Origin: an uncultured bacterium
GTDB lineage: Bacteria > Arandabacterota > Arandabacteria > Arandabacterales > Arandabacteraceae
Reading direction: 5' to 3'
DNA: 64,000 bases
Assembly (NCBI GenBank): GCA_964356335.1
Contig: CAYHHI010000004.1
Coordinates: 36,699-100,698, forward strand
Shown here: piece after piece, positions 34,373-43,578 of the stretch
Layout: each line of letters begins with the position of its first letter
Numbering within the stretch: position 1 is the stretch's first letter
The notes under the pieces: generated by a model
Databases searched by the model: none
Seen by the model: only the letters and a program-made list of their open reading frames with translations
Told to the model about the DNA's origin: nothing
Made by a program: the position numbers and the translations under genes

Positions 34373-37138
34373 CTAATCCACCGGCGCTTCAACGTCCGAG
34401 CGCGTCGCGAGGAGGGCCGCCCTTGCCGCAGCAAGCCTTGCCACAGGAATCCTGAAGGGTGAGCAGCTCACGTAGTCGAGTCCTATCTTCTCGCAGAACT
34501 CTATCGAGCTCGGTTCCCCGCCATGTTCACCGCATATGCCAAGCTTTATGCCGGGTCGCGTAATCCTGGCCTTCTCCACGGCCAGCCTCATCAGGCCTCC
34601 GACACCGGCGGGATCGATGGATTCGAAGACATCGCGCTTCATGATTCCTACATCGATGTACTTTCTTACGACCGGACCCGCGTCGTCTCTGCTCAGACCA
34701 TAGGTCATCTGAGTGAGGTCATTTGTCCCGAAGGAGAAGAACTCAGCAACCTTTGCGATTTCATCCGCCGTCACGCAAGCTCTCGGTATCTCGATCATGG
34801 TGCCGATCAGGTAATCAAGGCTCAGTTTCCTCTCCTTCATCACCTCAGTCGCCACTTTCTCTGCCCTCTCTCTGATGAAGGAGAGCTCCCTCGCATCGCC
34901 GACAAGGGGCACCATGATCTCCGGTATCACCTCAAGGCCCTCAAGCGTGAGGTCGCACGCGGCCTCGATTATGGCTCTCACCTGCATGTCATATATCTCC
35001 GGGTGAGTTATGCCGAGCCTGCATCCGCGGTTACCTAGCATGGGATTAAATTCAAACAGGGCGGAACTCTTTTCAATGATTTCCTGCTTGGTGATCCCAA
35101 TTTCGCGAGCGGCGGCCTCGATCTCATCGTCCGTCTTCGGCAGGAATTCATGAAGCGGAGGATCGAGCAATCTTATCGTCACGGGCTTCCCGACCATCAC
35201 CCTGAGGATCTGTTTGAAATCCTCCCGCTGAAGCGGCTCGATTTTGGCAAGAGCCTGCCGCTTCTCGGCAGCGGTCGATGCCATGATCATCTGCCGCACC
35301 TTGTTTATTCTGCCTTCGGCGAAGAACATGTGCTCCGTCCGGCAAAGCCCGATGCCCTCGCAGCCGAAGGCCAGGGCCGTAGCTGCCTGGTCAGGCTGAT
35401 CCGCGTTAGCCCGTACCTTCAGCCTTCTGTACCCGTCGGACCAATCCATGACGGACTTGTAAAGCCCATAGATCTCGGACTCCCCCGGCGACAGCGATTT
35501 CTCAACCACCACGCGTTCGATTTCAGATCTGATGGTGGCAACCTTGCCAAGGATGACCTCCCCGGTTGTTCCGTCAATCGAGAGGTCGTCTCCTTCTTTT
35601 ATGACATGCTTGCCGATGGTCATCTGTTTATTTTCATAATCGATATTGAGGACTCCACAGCCGACAATGCACACCTTGCCGAGCTGCCTTGCCACCAGCG
35701 CTGCATGCGAAGTCATTCCTCCCCGCGCGGTCAAGATGCCCTGCGCCAGGCTCATCCCGCCAACGTCTTCGGGACTGGTGTCTTCCCTCACGAGTATAAC
35801 GGGCAGTTTCTTCACCTGAACAACGTCCCTCACCCTGGCGGAGCTGAAGACCACCTTGCCGCTTGCGGCGCCGGGGCCTGCATTCAAACCCCTTGCGATC
35901 ACCCGCTTCTCGGCTTTGGCCTTATCCTTCTCGCGGGAATCAAAGACGGGTCTCAGGATATGATTGAGCTGTTCGGGCTCTATCCTCAAGAGCACAGTCT
36001 CCTTATCGATCAGGTCATGCTCATACATGTCAAATGCGATCTTCAAGGCTGCAAGGCCGGTGCGTTTGCCCGATCTTGTCTGGAGCACCCAGAGCCTTCC
36101 CCGCTCGATCGTGAACTCGAGATCCTGCATGTCTTTGAAGTGGCTCTCGAGTTTATTACGCACGCCGAGGAGCTGCCCGTAAACTTCAGGCATCTCCTCT
36201 TCGAGGGATTTGAGACCAGCCTCGCCCCGCTGCGCCTCGTTTATGGGCTGGGGAGTCCTTATCCCCGCAACCACATCCTCCCCCTGGGCATTCAGGAGGT
36301 ACTCACCATAAAACACGTCTTCTCCGGTTGCAGGGTTCCTTGTGAAGGCCACGCCTGTCCCCGAGTCCCAACCGATGTTGCCGAATACCATTGCCTGGAC
36401 GTTGACCGCGGTACCCCACTCGTCAGGTATGTCGTTTATCCGCCTGTACTCAATTGCTCTCCTGTTATTCCATGATTTGAAGACCGCGTCGATGGCACCC
36501 CAGAGCTGGTCATAGGGGTTATCGGGGAAATCCACACCCTTCTCTTGCTTTATCATGCGCTTGAATTCGGCTACGAGATACTTCAGGTCATCGACACTGA
36601 GCTCGGTGTCTTTAGTAACGCCTCGCGCATTCTTCCTGGCATTTATGACCGTCTCGAAAGGATCTGGCGAAGTGTCATCCTCGGGCTTGAGCCCCAGAAC
36701 CACATCGCCGTACATCTGCACAAGCCTTCGATAGCAGTCGTAAGCGAAGCGCTCGTTGCCGCCGTTGGCGAGGCCCTTGACGGTCACATCATTGAGCCCG
36801 ATATTCAAGACCGTATCCATCATCCCCGGCATCGAGGCCCTCGCTCCCGACCTTACCGAAACCAGAAGCGGATTCATACGGTCACCGAAGCCCTTGCCCA
36901 TCGCCTGCTCGACCTGCTTGAGGCTCGCCAGCCCCGCAGGTTCAAGGCTCTGCGGGTACTTACCTCCATGGGAAGTGAAATAAGCACAGACTGCGGTAGT
37001 GATCGTGAATCCCGCAGGAATCGGAAGGCCTATCCTTGACATCTCCGCAAGATTCGCACCCTTCCCGCCGAGGAGATCCTTCATCGAGGCATCGCCATCA
37101 GCTCTGCCCGCGCCGAAGAAATATGTAAGCCCCTTCAT
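34373..37138 (-). CDS. ppdK: pyruvate, phosphate dikinase
   Basis: 921 aa. Its N-terminal ATP-grasp starts MKGLTYFFGAG...LLGGKGANLAEM. It has the central phosphohistidine motif GGMTSHAALVARQLG. Its C-terminal PEP-utilising TIM barrel has GICGEHGGEP. Confidence 0.95.
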   Translation of the reverse strand: MKGLTYFFGAGRADGDASMKDLLGGKGANLAEMSRIGLPIPAGFTITTAVCAYFTSHGGKYPQSLEPAGLASLKQVEQAMGKGFGDRMNPLLVSVRSGARASMPGMMDTVLNIGLNDVTVKGLANGGNERFAYDCYRRLVQMYGDVVLGLKPEDDTSPDPFETVINARKNARGVTKDTELSVDDLKYLVAEFKRMIKQEKGVDFPDNPYDQLWGAIDAVFKSWNNRRAIEYRRINDIPDEWGTAVNVQAMVFGNIGWDSGTGVAFTRNPATGEDVFYGEYLLNAQGEDVVAGIRTPQPINEAQRGEAGLKSLEEEMPEVYGQLLGVRNKLESHFKDMQDLEFTIERGRLWVLQTRSGKRTGLAALKIAFDMYEHDLIDKETVLLRIEPEQLNHILRPVFDSREKDKAKAEKRVIARGLNAGPGAASGKVVFSSARVRDVVQVKKLPVILVREDTSPEDVGGMSLAQGILTARGGMTSHAALVARQLGKVCIVGCGVLNIDYENKQMTIGKHVIKEGDDLSIDGTTGEVILGKVATIRSEIERVVVEKSLSPGESEIYGLYKSVMDWSDGYRRLKVRANADQPDQAATALAFGCEGIGLCRTEHMFFAEGRINKVRQMIMASTAAEKRQALAKIEPLQREDFKQILRVMVGKPVTIRLLDPPLHEFLPKTDDEIEAAAREIGITKQEIIEKSSALFEFNPMLGNRGCRLGITHPEIYDMQVRAIIEAACDLTLEGLEVIPEIMVPLVGDARELSFIRERAEKVATEVMKERKLSLDYLIGTMIEIPRACVTADEIAKVAEFFSFGTNDLTQMTYGLSRDDAGPVVRKYIDVGIMKRDVFESIDPAGVGGLMRLAVEKARITRPGIKLGICGEHGGEPSSIEFCEKIGLDYVSCSPFRIPVARLAAARAALLATRSDVEAPVD

Positions 37139-37244
37139 CAGAATTACACTCCTGCCTGAGGATTTTCGCGCCAGGTTCGTTATAAGGTAATACCAAACCT
37201 CGCTCCCCGCAATAGTTTTCGGGCAGCTACGGTTTGAGCTTTAG

Positions 37245-38951
37245 CTACTTAAGAATAAGCACTTTGGCCCTGCTGGTGCCGGGAACCTCAACGAAAACGA
37301 TGCCAGGCGCGATGCCGGGAAGGGCCGAATTGAGATTGATCTCGGTGAGCCCGGAAGGCCTCAGATCGAATTCACGAATAAGCCTTCCGGCAACATCGTA
37401 GATCCTCACAGGGCCTCGGGCTGGCGCGCCGGCATAACCTATGTAGAAACTCGCCCGGCAAGGATTGGGGTAGACCTCGAGTCTCGAGACTGGGATCCTT
37501 CCGGATGCAATGCCACTCGGCACATACCCTGAAGCGTCATACGCCTGGAGGATGCCCCAGCCATAAAGCGTGTCGGGATTTGATGACCGTGTGCCTGTAG
37601 CCATTATCGCTTCAGTCACATTGGCAGGCAGCCAGTTGGGGTGCTTCTCGAGAACGAGGGCAATTGCACCGGCAGTGAGCGGCGTGGCGAAGGAAGTGCC
37701 GCTCCCTCTCCTGTAACTAGTTGGGCCGGTGGTGTTAGCTATATAATCTGCCTGACCCATCGCCATGATGGTAGGCTTGATCCTTCCGTCGTAGGTTGGA
37801 CCCTGGGATGACCAAGAGGACCTCACGCCCGTCGAATCCACGGAACCGACCGTGACGACGCTGTCACCATCCGCCGGCGCCATGATGTATTTCCACTCAG
37901 AGGCGCCGGCATTACCGGCAGCGTTTACGACCACAATCCCATTCAGGACTGCTCTGTCGGCGGCGTTGGTGATGGGTGCGGTATCGCCGTCCATGTCCGC
38001 GTAGGTATACCAATCTGAGTAACACAGCGAACTGGATATTATCTGAGCTCCAAGGCTGTCCGCCCATTCGGCTGCGGCTATCCACCAATCCTCTTCAACG
38101 GGCTGCTCGTCTGCCATGTCTTCGGTTTTCGCAAGAATGTACTCGGCATCAAAGGCTGCACCCATCATCGTTCCCGGCGTATTCCCCGCGAGCAGCGAAA
38201 GACACATGGTGCCGTGATCATGTTGGCCGGACGGGTCTCCGGGCTGGTTGGCAGTGGTGTCGTCATTGTTTATGAAGTCATGCTCGGCTATCACATTGAG
38301 GTCCGTGAAGGTCTCGTGCTCCAGCCAGAAGCCGGTATCGAAGATCGCTACCTTGACACCCGTCCCCGTATAGCCCTCATTGTGGAGCTGAGGAACCTGG
38401 ATCAGGGTGAGCTGTCTCCACGCCTGGCCATACTGGTAAAGAGCTCCGATGCCCTTCTCCGAAGCGTCCCAGGTCACAGGCTCGGGAGATCCCGCTTTGC
38501 CGCTCACCCTCCGCAAAGATTTCACGAAGGGAAGGCCGGCGATATGTTCTATCTGGTCGCGCGTAGCAACAATGCTAGCGGCATTGAGCCACCTGGAGAA
38601 AGTTCTGAACTCCACACCTTCGGCCTTCAGGGCATCGATGTAAGGTTTGTAGAGCGGGAGATCGGATTCGTCAAAGGGCTGCGCGGGCCGTGCCCTCAGA
38701 CGCCTCTCCACGGCCCTGGGATCATAGGATGAGGCGATCTCGCTAAGCCGTGCCTGGACTTCATTCAGAGCATAATCACCCTTGTCCCTGAAGAAAACCC
38801 AGACCACAAGCTCATCCCCGCTCGGAGCAGTCTTGAGCCATTCACTAACCGAGGGTGAGACCCCTGTGAGGCCGAAAGAAGGCGTTCCGAGAGTAAAGGC
38901 AGTGAAGACAAGAGCCATAACTGAAAGTGGAATCAATTCACGTGGCTTCAT
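37245..38951 (-). CDS. secreted subtilisin-like serine protease (S8) with C-terminal T9SS-type sorting domain
   Basis: Its catalytic triad contexts are FDTGF (Asp), HGTMCLSLLAGN (His) and GTSFATPLTAGAIAL (Ser). The signal peptide is MKPRELIPLSVMALVFTAFTLG, and the ATG at 38951 has AAAGGAG upstream. The C-terminus is APGIVFVEVPGTSRAKVLILK. Confidence 0.85.
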   Translation of the reverse strand: MKPRELIPLSVMALVFTAFTLGTPSFGLTGVSPSVSEWLKTAPSGDELVVWVFFRDKGDYALNEVQARLSEIASSYDPRAVERRLRARPAQPFDESDLPLYKPYIDALKAEGVEFRTFSRWLNAASIVATRDQIEHIAGLPFVKSLRRVSGKAGSPEPVTWDASEKGIGALYQYGQAWRQLTLIQVPQLHNEGYTGTGVKVAIFDTGFWLEHETFTDLNVIAEHDFINNDDTTANQPGDPSGQHDHGTMCLSLLAGNTPGTMMGAAFDAEYILAKTEDMADEQPVEEDWWIAAAEWADSLGAQIISSSLCYSDWYTYADMDGDTAPITNAADRAVLNGIVVVNAAGNAGASEWKYIMAPADGDSVVTVGSVDSTGVRSSWSSQGPTYDGRIKPTIMAMGQADYIANTTGPTSYRRGSGTSFATPLTAGAIALVLEKHPNWLPANVTEAIMATGTRSSNPDTLYGWGILQAYDASGYVPSGIASGRIPVSRLEVYPNPCRASFYIGYAGAPARGPVRIYDVAGRLIREFDLRPSGLTEINLNSALPGIAPGIVFVEVPGTSRAKVLILK

Positions 38952-38970
38952 GTGCGCTCCTTTCTCTAGG

Positions 38971-38976
38971 ATTATA
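38971..38976 (-). promoter_or_regulatory. -10 element (TATAAT) for the S8 protease gene
   Basis: On the minus strand it reads gtagTATAATcctagagAAAGGAGcgcacATG. The direct repeats lie upstream of it. Confidence 0.4.
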
Positions 38977-39003
38977 CTACGATTTCGGCCCGGGCTCAAG
39001 GCT

Positions 39004-39106
39004 TATCAATGCTTACCCGTATCAATGCTTACCCCTGATGTCCACTTTTGACTTTGCCCAAACGTCTACTTTTGGTTTTCACGGAACAGGCTTATCAATG
39101 CTTATC
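39004..39106. repeat. three direct repeats of TATCAATGCTTA(C/T)C upstream of the S8 protease promoter
   Basis: TATCAATGCTTACCC occurs at 39004-39018 and 39020-39034 with a 16-bp period. A third copy TATCAATGCTTATC lies at 39093-39106. Read on the gene strand the core is AAGCATTGATA, which carries a TTGATA. Confidence 0.5.
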
Positions 39107-39168
39107 GGGCACACAGGAAAGCATACCAATCGCAGGGCGGCCTGGGCAGTGCTACAGCGCGGGACGCG

Positions 39169-39711
39169 TCAAGCCTTAAGGGGTTCGAAGTTAACGAAGT
39201 CAGCGTGATGGACTATTATGGCCTCGGTTGTGCGCTTCCCGAGATCGCCTTCTTTGGAATGATAGGCAATCATATGGAGTACTTCATAGGGAAGCCCATG
39301 CTTGTACGCAAGTGCCTGGCCCGAGAAGGGGTGTCTCAGAAGAGTTCCTACCTTGCTCTTGCCGATCTTCTTGCCCTGCTTCGCATACTCGAGGAGCTTC
39401 CCGACATCGTGCAGAATCGCCCCGGCGATCAGAAGATCCATATCCAGATCGATCGCACGGCCATAATTCCTGGCGAGATTCTCCGCTATGCTTATGGCGG
39501 TCTGAGTGACCGCTCTGGTATGGTGAATCAAGTCTATCTTGGTATCGGGAATCAGAAGCGTGAACGGTATCATGCGGAGGTCTTCAGGCTTCCAGCCTCC
39601 CGATTCAATCGCATCCTGCCATGCAGACGCAACCCGCATCCGCAGGTCAGCTTTCCTTATCAGCTTGATCTCCGGAATCAGCTGGTTTACCGACCGGACA
39701 CCGTGTTTCAC
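39169..39711 (-). CDS. HD-domain phosphohydrolase
   Basis: It has the HD motif LIAGAILHDVGK and the distal His in IVHHADF. The probable GTG start at 39711 overlaps the upstream gene's TGA (GTGA), and the longer ORF to 39858 would overlap that gene by 150 nt. Confidence 0.7.
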   Translation of the reverse strand: MKHGVRSVNQLIPEIKLIRKADLRMRVASAWQDAIESGGWKPEDLRMIPFTLLIPDTKIDLIHHTRAVTQTAISIAENLARNYGRAIDLDMDLLIAGAILHDVGKLLEYAKQGKKIGKSKVGTLLRHPFSGQALAYKHGLPYEVLHMIAYHSKEGDLGKRTTEAIIVHHADFVNFEPLKA

Positions 39712-40631
39712 GTCTTCGCTCCTTTGCTCTTCTTTCTGCAGATGCCGATTCCAAGAATCCTGCCGATGTTCGCCTTGCTGTCCAAATCGGGAATGATAGA
39801 GCCCCGTGAAGAGGTCATGATGGTTGTAACGCCCGGGCCATGACCCGAGAGCACGCAATCGGAATGAACCACGACTCCAATCGTGATAGCACCTCTCCTG
39901 TACATCCTCCCGAAAGTGTGGTCCGCGTCTTTAATGGCGACGACGTCTCCTAGATTGATGCCGCCGAGGCCCTCACGCTCAACCGTTCTCGGGTCCAGGA
40001 GCTGGATATCGTAATCTCCTGAGTGCGCATGAACCTTGCCTATGCCGGAACCCATCAGCGCCGACGGGATGATGTGGGAAACCCCGACCTCGATCTTGTT
40101 CTTCACAATGCTGACGTTCATCCGCGAGAGCACGTCAGGATCAAGATTCATGAGCTTGATATCGTCAAATCCCTCGATCGCGAGCCCGGTCCCGAAGGCC
40201 TTGATCAAGATATTATCGCCGATTGCAAGCTTCCCGAGGGTCTTATCGTCGAAATCCACCAGAACATGCTCAATCCCGCCGTGCTTGCCCGTCACAACAC
40301 CTCGTGAACCCTTGGCGTCCCCACTTATGACCAGGGCTCCGTTACCAATCGCGGCAAGTGTGTTCAGAGCTGCGTTGGCGCTTCTTGTGCCTTCCTTGGC
40401 CGACATGTTCTTGACGCTCACGCCAGGCTCGACATGATCAGCAACCCACCCACACGCGGGATGCCCGACCTTGATGTTATATGTTATGCCCCCTGTTCCC
40501 GGCAATATGACGGGATTTCCCGTGGAGCCGATCCTGTAGCCGGTCTCGGTCATGGTAGGACTTGCGACCTGCCCCGCGACTGAAAGCATGACGAGGTTCT
40601 GCCGATTGGTTCTAATCACTTGTTCGCCCAT
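39708..40631 (-). CDS. conserved hypothetical protein, glycine-rich beta-helix-like (possibly DUF4438-like, ~300 aa)
   Basis: It has repeated G-x-G-x-x-G-x-V units such as ISGDAKGSRGVVTGKHGGIEHVLVDF and GDNILIKAFGTGLAIEGF. It is wedged between the aminotransferase and the HD gene with 1-nt and 4-nt junctions. The ATG at 40631 is preferred over the TTG at 40652. Confidence 0.5.
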   Translation of the reverse strand: MGEQVIRTNRQNLVMLSVAGQVASPTMTETGYRIGSTGNPVILPGTGGITYNIKVGHPACGWVADHVEPGVSVKNMSAKEGTRSANAALNTLAAIGNGALVISGDAKGSRGVVTGKHGGIEHVLVDFDDKTLGKLAIGDNILIKAFGTGLAIEGFDDIKLMNLDPDVLSRMNVSIVKNKIEVGVSHIIPSALMGSGIGKVHAHSGDYDIQLLDPRTVEREGLGGINLGDVVAIKDADHTFGRMYRRGAITIGVVVHSDCVLSGHGPGVTTIMTSSRGSIIPDLDSKANIGRILGIGICRKKSKGAKT

Positions 40632-40632
40632 G

Positions 40633-41967
40633 CTATGCTCGCCCCTTTTCAACTTTAAGTACCGCCCTCTGGAACATGTCGAGGGCCATGTCGGCTTCCC
40701 GCCTGCCGATAACCAGCGGTGGGATGAATCTTAGGGAGGATGGCCCACAGGGAAGAATCAGAAGGCCAAGCGAGAAGCATGTGTCAACAATCTTGGTTCT
40801 CATCTCGGGGGCCGGCTTCATTGTCGCCCTATCCGCGACGATCTCCATGCCGATCATCAAGCCCTTCCCGCTGAGTCGCCCTATCGCCCGGCTCTTCTTC
40901 TGGATCGCCCTAAGGCGCTTCATGAGATAATCGCCCATTGCGGCCGCATTTTCAACTAAACCATTTTCGAGAAGTCTTATGGTCTCAAGACTGGCCGAGC
41001 AGGACACGGGATTCCCACCGAAGGTACTGCCATGGGCTCCGGGCTCCCACGTCATCAAACTCGCAGGAGCAATCATTGCTCCCAGCGGCAGCCCTGAAGC
41101 CACTGCCTTGGCAACGGTGATGATATCCGGGACGACATTCCAGTGCTCGATGGCGAACATCTTGCCGGTCCTGCCGAGGCCCGACTGGATCTCATCGCAG
41201 ACGAAGAGGATGCCGTATTTCTCTGCGAGCGTCTTGAGTTTGGGGTGAAACTCCGGCGGCGGCACAACGTATCCACCCTCACCTTGAATCGGCTCAACAA
41301 AGATCGCTGCAACTTCATCGGGCGGCAGAGTGCGTTTGAAGAGCGTGTCTTCAATGAACGAGACACACGCGATATCACACTTGCCATACTTGAGATTGTA
41401 TGCGCAATGCGCGCAGTCGCCGTAGGGCACGTGGACCACTCCCGGCATCAAGGGGCTAAAGCGGGCGCGCTGGCTCTCCTTGCTGGCCGTGAGCGCCATC
41501 GCCCCCATGGTTCTTCCGTGGAAGGCGCCAAAGAAAGATATGAAATACTGCCTGCGCGTGGCGTGCCTGGCGAGCTTTATGGCAGCCTCGATCGCCTCTG
41601 CACCCGAATTGCAGAAGAAGACCTTCTTGGGTTTCCTGCCCGGCGCGATCGATGCGAGCTTCTTAGCAAGCATTATCTCCGTCTCGTAGTAGAAATCCGA
41701 GCCCGACATGTGCAGGAATTTTCTTGCCTGCTCCTCTATCGCTCTGACCACCTGGGGATGACTGTGTCCGGTGCAGGTCACCGAGATGCCGGAGGTGAAA
41801 TCAAGAAACGCATTACCATCCACATCCCATACGTACGCGCCCTTGCCATGATCCATAATGAAGGGATAGCCCCGCGTGTACGAAGGGGAAATGTACTTCT
41901 TGTCGAGCTCAAGAAGCTTCTTGGCGCGCGCGCCTACACGTGATATACCCATCCTCTGTCTGACCAC
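40633..41967 (-). CDS. class-III pyridoxal-phosphate aminotransferase (second copy in window)
   Basis: It has DEIQSGLGRTGKMFAIEHW and TVAKAVASG (PLP-Lys). It uses a GTG start with AGGA 6 nt upstream. Confidence 0.85.
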   Translation of the reverse strand: MVRQRMGISRVGARAKKLLELDKKYISPSYTRGYPFIMDHGKGAYVWDVDGNAFLDFTSGISVTCTGHSHPQVVRAIEEQARKFLHMSGSDFYYETEIMLAKKLASIAPGRKPKKVFFCNSGAEAIEAAIKLARHATRRQYFISFFGAFHGRTMGAMALTASKESQRARFSPLMPGVVHVPYGDCAHCAYNLKYGKCDIACVSFIEDTLFKRTLPPDEVAAIFVEPIQGEGGYVVPPPEFHPKLKTLAEKYGILFVCDEIQSGLGRTGKMFAIEHWNVVPDIITVAKAVASGLPLGAMIAPASLMTWEPGAHGSTFGGNPVSCSASLETIRLLENGLVENAAAMGDYLMKRLRAIQKKSRAIGRLSGKGLMIGMEIVADRATMKPAPEMRTKIVDTCFSLGLLILPCGPSSLRFIPPLVIGRREADMALDMFQRAVLKVEKGRA

Positions 41968-42053
41968 GCTGAATCCTCATACCTGATGAGATGCGGGCTG
42001 TCTCGAAGATCAAGGATACTCTTAGGCGGATCAATTCTAACGCACGAGTTTCC

Positions 42054-43538
42054 TTATCTTACTACAACAAACCTTCCCGTCCTGCTGCTTCCCCCGGCGT
42101 CGACCCTGTAAATGTATATCCCGCTTACCACCTGCTTACCGTCACTGTCCCTGAGGTTCCAATCAGCTGAGCCCTTCTGCGTTTCGTTGTCGATATTGAA
42201 GCCGGGCCTGACCGTATCTATGTAACCTCCGGATGCATCATATATCCTTATGGTTGCCTTTTCGGGTACATTCACGAACTGCAGCTTGGCCTCCCCCTGC
42301 TCCCAGCCAGCCCTGAAACGATAAGGATTGGGAACCACAAAGACATCGTCGACTGTTCGACCCTTCGGAGAGGCGGTCGGATACACCTCAGTCCAGTTTA
42401 TCGGACTCATGATGAGTTCATAACCGCTAGACCAATCGTAGGTCACGACAGCGTAATCATAAGGGAAGCCATTGAGCAACACATAGGCACTTGGGTCAGG
42501 CGTGACGCCACGCCCGCTGGCCCTTATGCCCTTGTCAATGAAGTACCTCTCACCGCCAGGATCCTGCTTGCCGAATGAATCTGCAAAGAATCCGGGATCC
42601 TCACAGCGCCTCTTATCCACAGCCACCTTATACTGGCCCACGGGATCGCTGGACGTGGGGGGCCTATCTTCAACAGACCGGCGCAGAACCAGATACCCTT
42701 CAAAGGTGGAGGCCTTGATCTTGAATGCATCGGCCGGAGGATTGTCGCCTGGGCCCGCCTTCCCGAAGGGTATCCTGACATCGACCGAAAAACTCCGACC
42801 TACCTGGAACTGCCCCGCCGGGAAGGAGACCCTCAGCCCCTTGCTCACCCCGACGCTCTGGCCCGACCGCTCGACCACGATCGAACTATCTTCACCAAGA
42901 CTGGCTGCCGACCAGCTGAGAGTGATCGCGGCATTTCCTTCGGGGCCGAGCTCGCCCCCAGAGACACACGTGAACTCAAGGACCACTACTGTGTCCGCGA
43001 GTCTCCCACCTCTGTATATGCCGTCAAAAGTGGGAATGGGACAATCCTGCCAACCTTCGGGATGAAACCTGAATAGGCTGTAAGAAGGGATTGATATCTT
43101 TATGCCGTCTGAAAGGTCATAGTCATGATCGGTCGAATCCACCGTGATTGTCTTTTCGCTTTGGGACTTAGTATTCCAGTCACTCACGTACAACCAGGAA
43201 AGAAGCACCCGATCGGGAGTGGAACTCACGGTGATATTGTAGTCATGATCACAGGCTCCAACATAAAAGCTTTCATCGCTCACGGTTATAGTCGCTTTGC
43301 CTCTCCACGGGGTCTCACGTGTACCCAGCGACGGCTGGTAAACAAAAACCAGGCTTTCAGGCTGAAGATCCTTCCACTGAATCTTCACTATCCTGCCGTC
43401 GCTACGGGTGGTATCGCCTTCAGTGATATTCACAATGTGTGGCGCTTTGAGAGTGATGCCTGCCCCACAGACGCTAACGCAGAGAAGTAAGCACCCAAAC
43501 CAAAGTGCATAGACAAAACGCCTCCCGCCCTTCTGCAT
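42054..43538 (-). CDS. secreted hypothetical protein with C-terminal T9SS-type sorting domain
   Basis: Its signal peptide is MQKGGRRFVYALWFGCLLLCVSVCGAG, from the ATG at 43538 with GGAGG upstream. Its C-terminus is VVPNPYRF...IRIYDASGGYID...SGIYIYRVDAGGSSRTGRFVVVR. Confidence 0.6.
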   Translation of the reverse strand: MQKGGRRFVYALWFGCLLLCVSVCGAGITLKAPHIVNITEGDTTRSDGRIVKIQWKDLQPESLVFVYQPSLGTRETPWRGKATITVSDESFYVGACDHDYNITVSSTPDRVLLSWLYVSDWNTKSQSEKTITVDSTDHDYDLSDGIKISIPSYSLFRFHPEGWQDCPIPTFDGIYRGGRLADTVVVLEFTCVSGGELGPEGNAAITLSWSAASLGEDSSIVVERSGQSVGVSKGLRVSFPAGQFQVGRSFSVDVRIPFGKAGPGDNPPADAFKIKASTFEGYLVLRRSVEDRPPTSSDPVGQYKVAVDKRRCEDPGFFADSFGKQDPGGERYFIDKGIRASGRGVTPDPSAYVLLNGFPYDYAVVTYDWSSGYELIMSPINWTEVYPTASPKGRTVDDVFVVPNPYRFRAGWEQGEAKLQFVNVPEKATIRIYDASGGYIDTVRPGFNIDNETQKGSADWNLRDSDGKQVVSGIYIYRVDAGGSSRTGRFVVVR

Positions 43539-43578
43539 ACATACCTCCAGCCATAGAAACGCGATGTATTTCCTGAGA

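Noticed and set aside
35150-36475. 441-aa plus-strand ORF inside ppdK
   Set aside because: PPDK on the minus strand is unambiguous. The plus-strand ORF is antisense.
39205-39843. 212-aa plus-strand ORF opposite the HD hydrolase
   Set aside because: It is antisense to the frame carrying the HD motif.
41143-41943. 266-aa plus-strand ORF opposite the second aminotransferase
   Set aside because: It is antisense to a conserved PLP enzyme.
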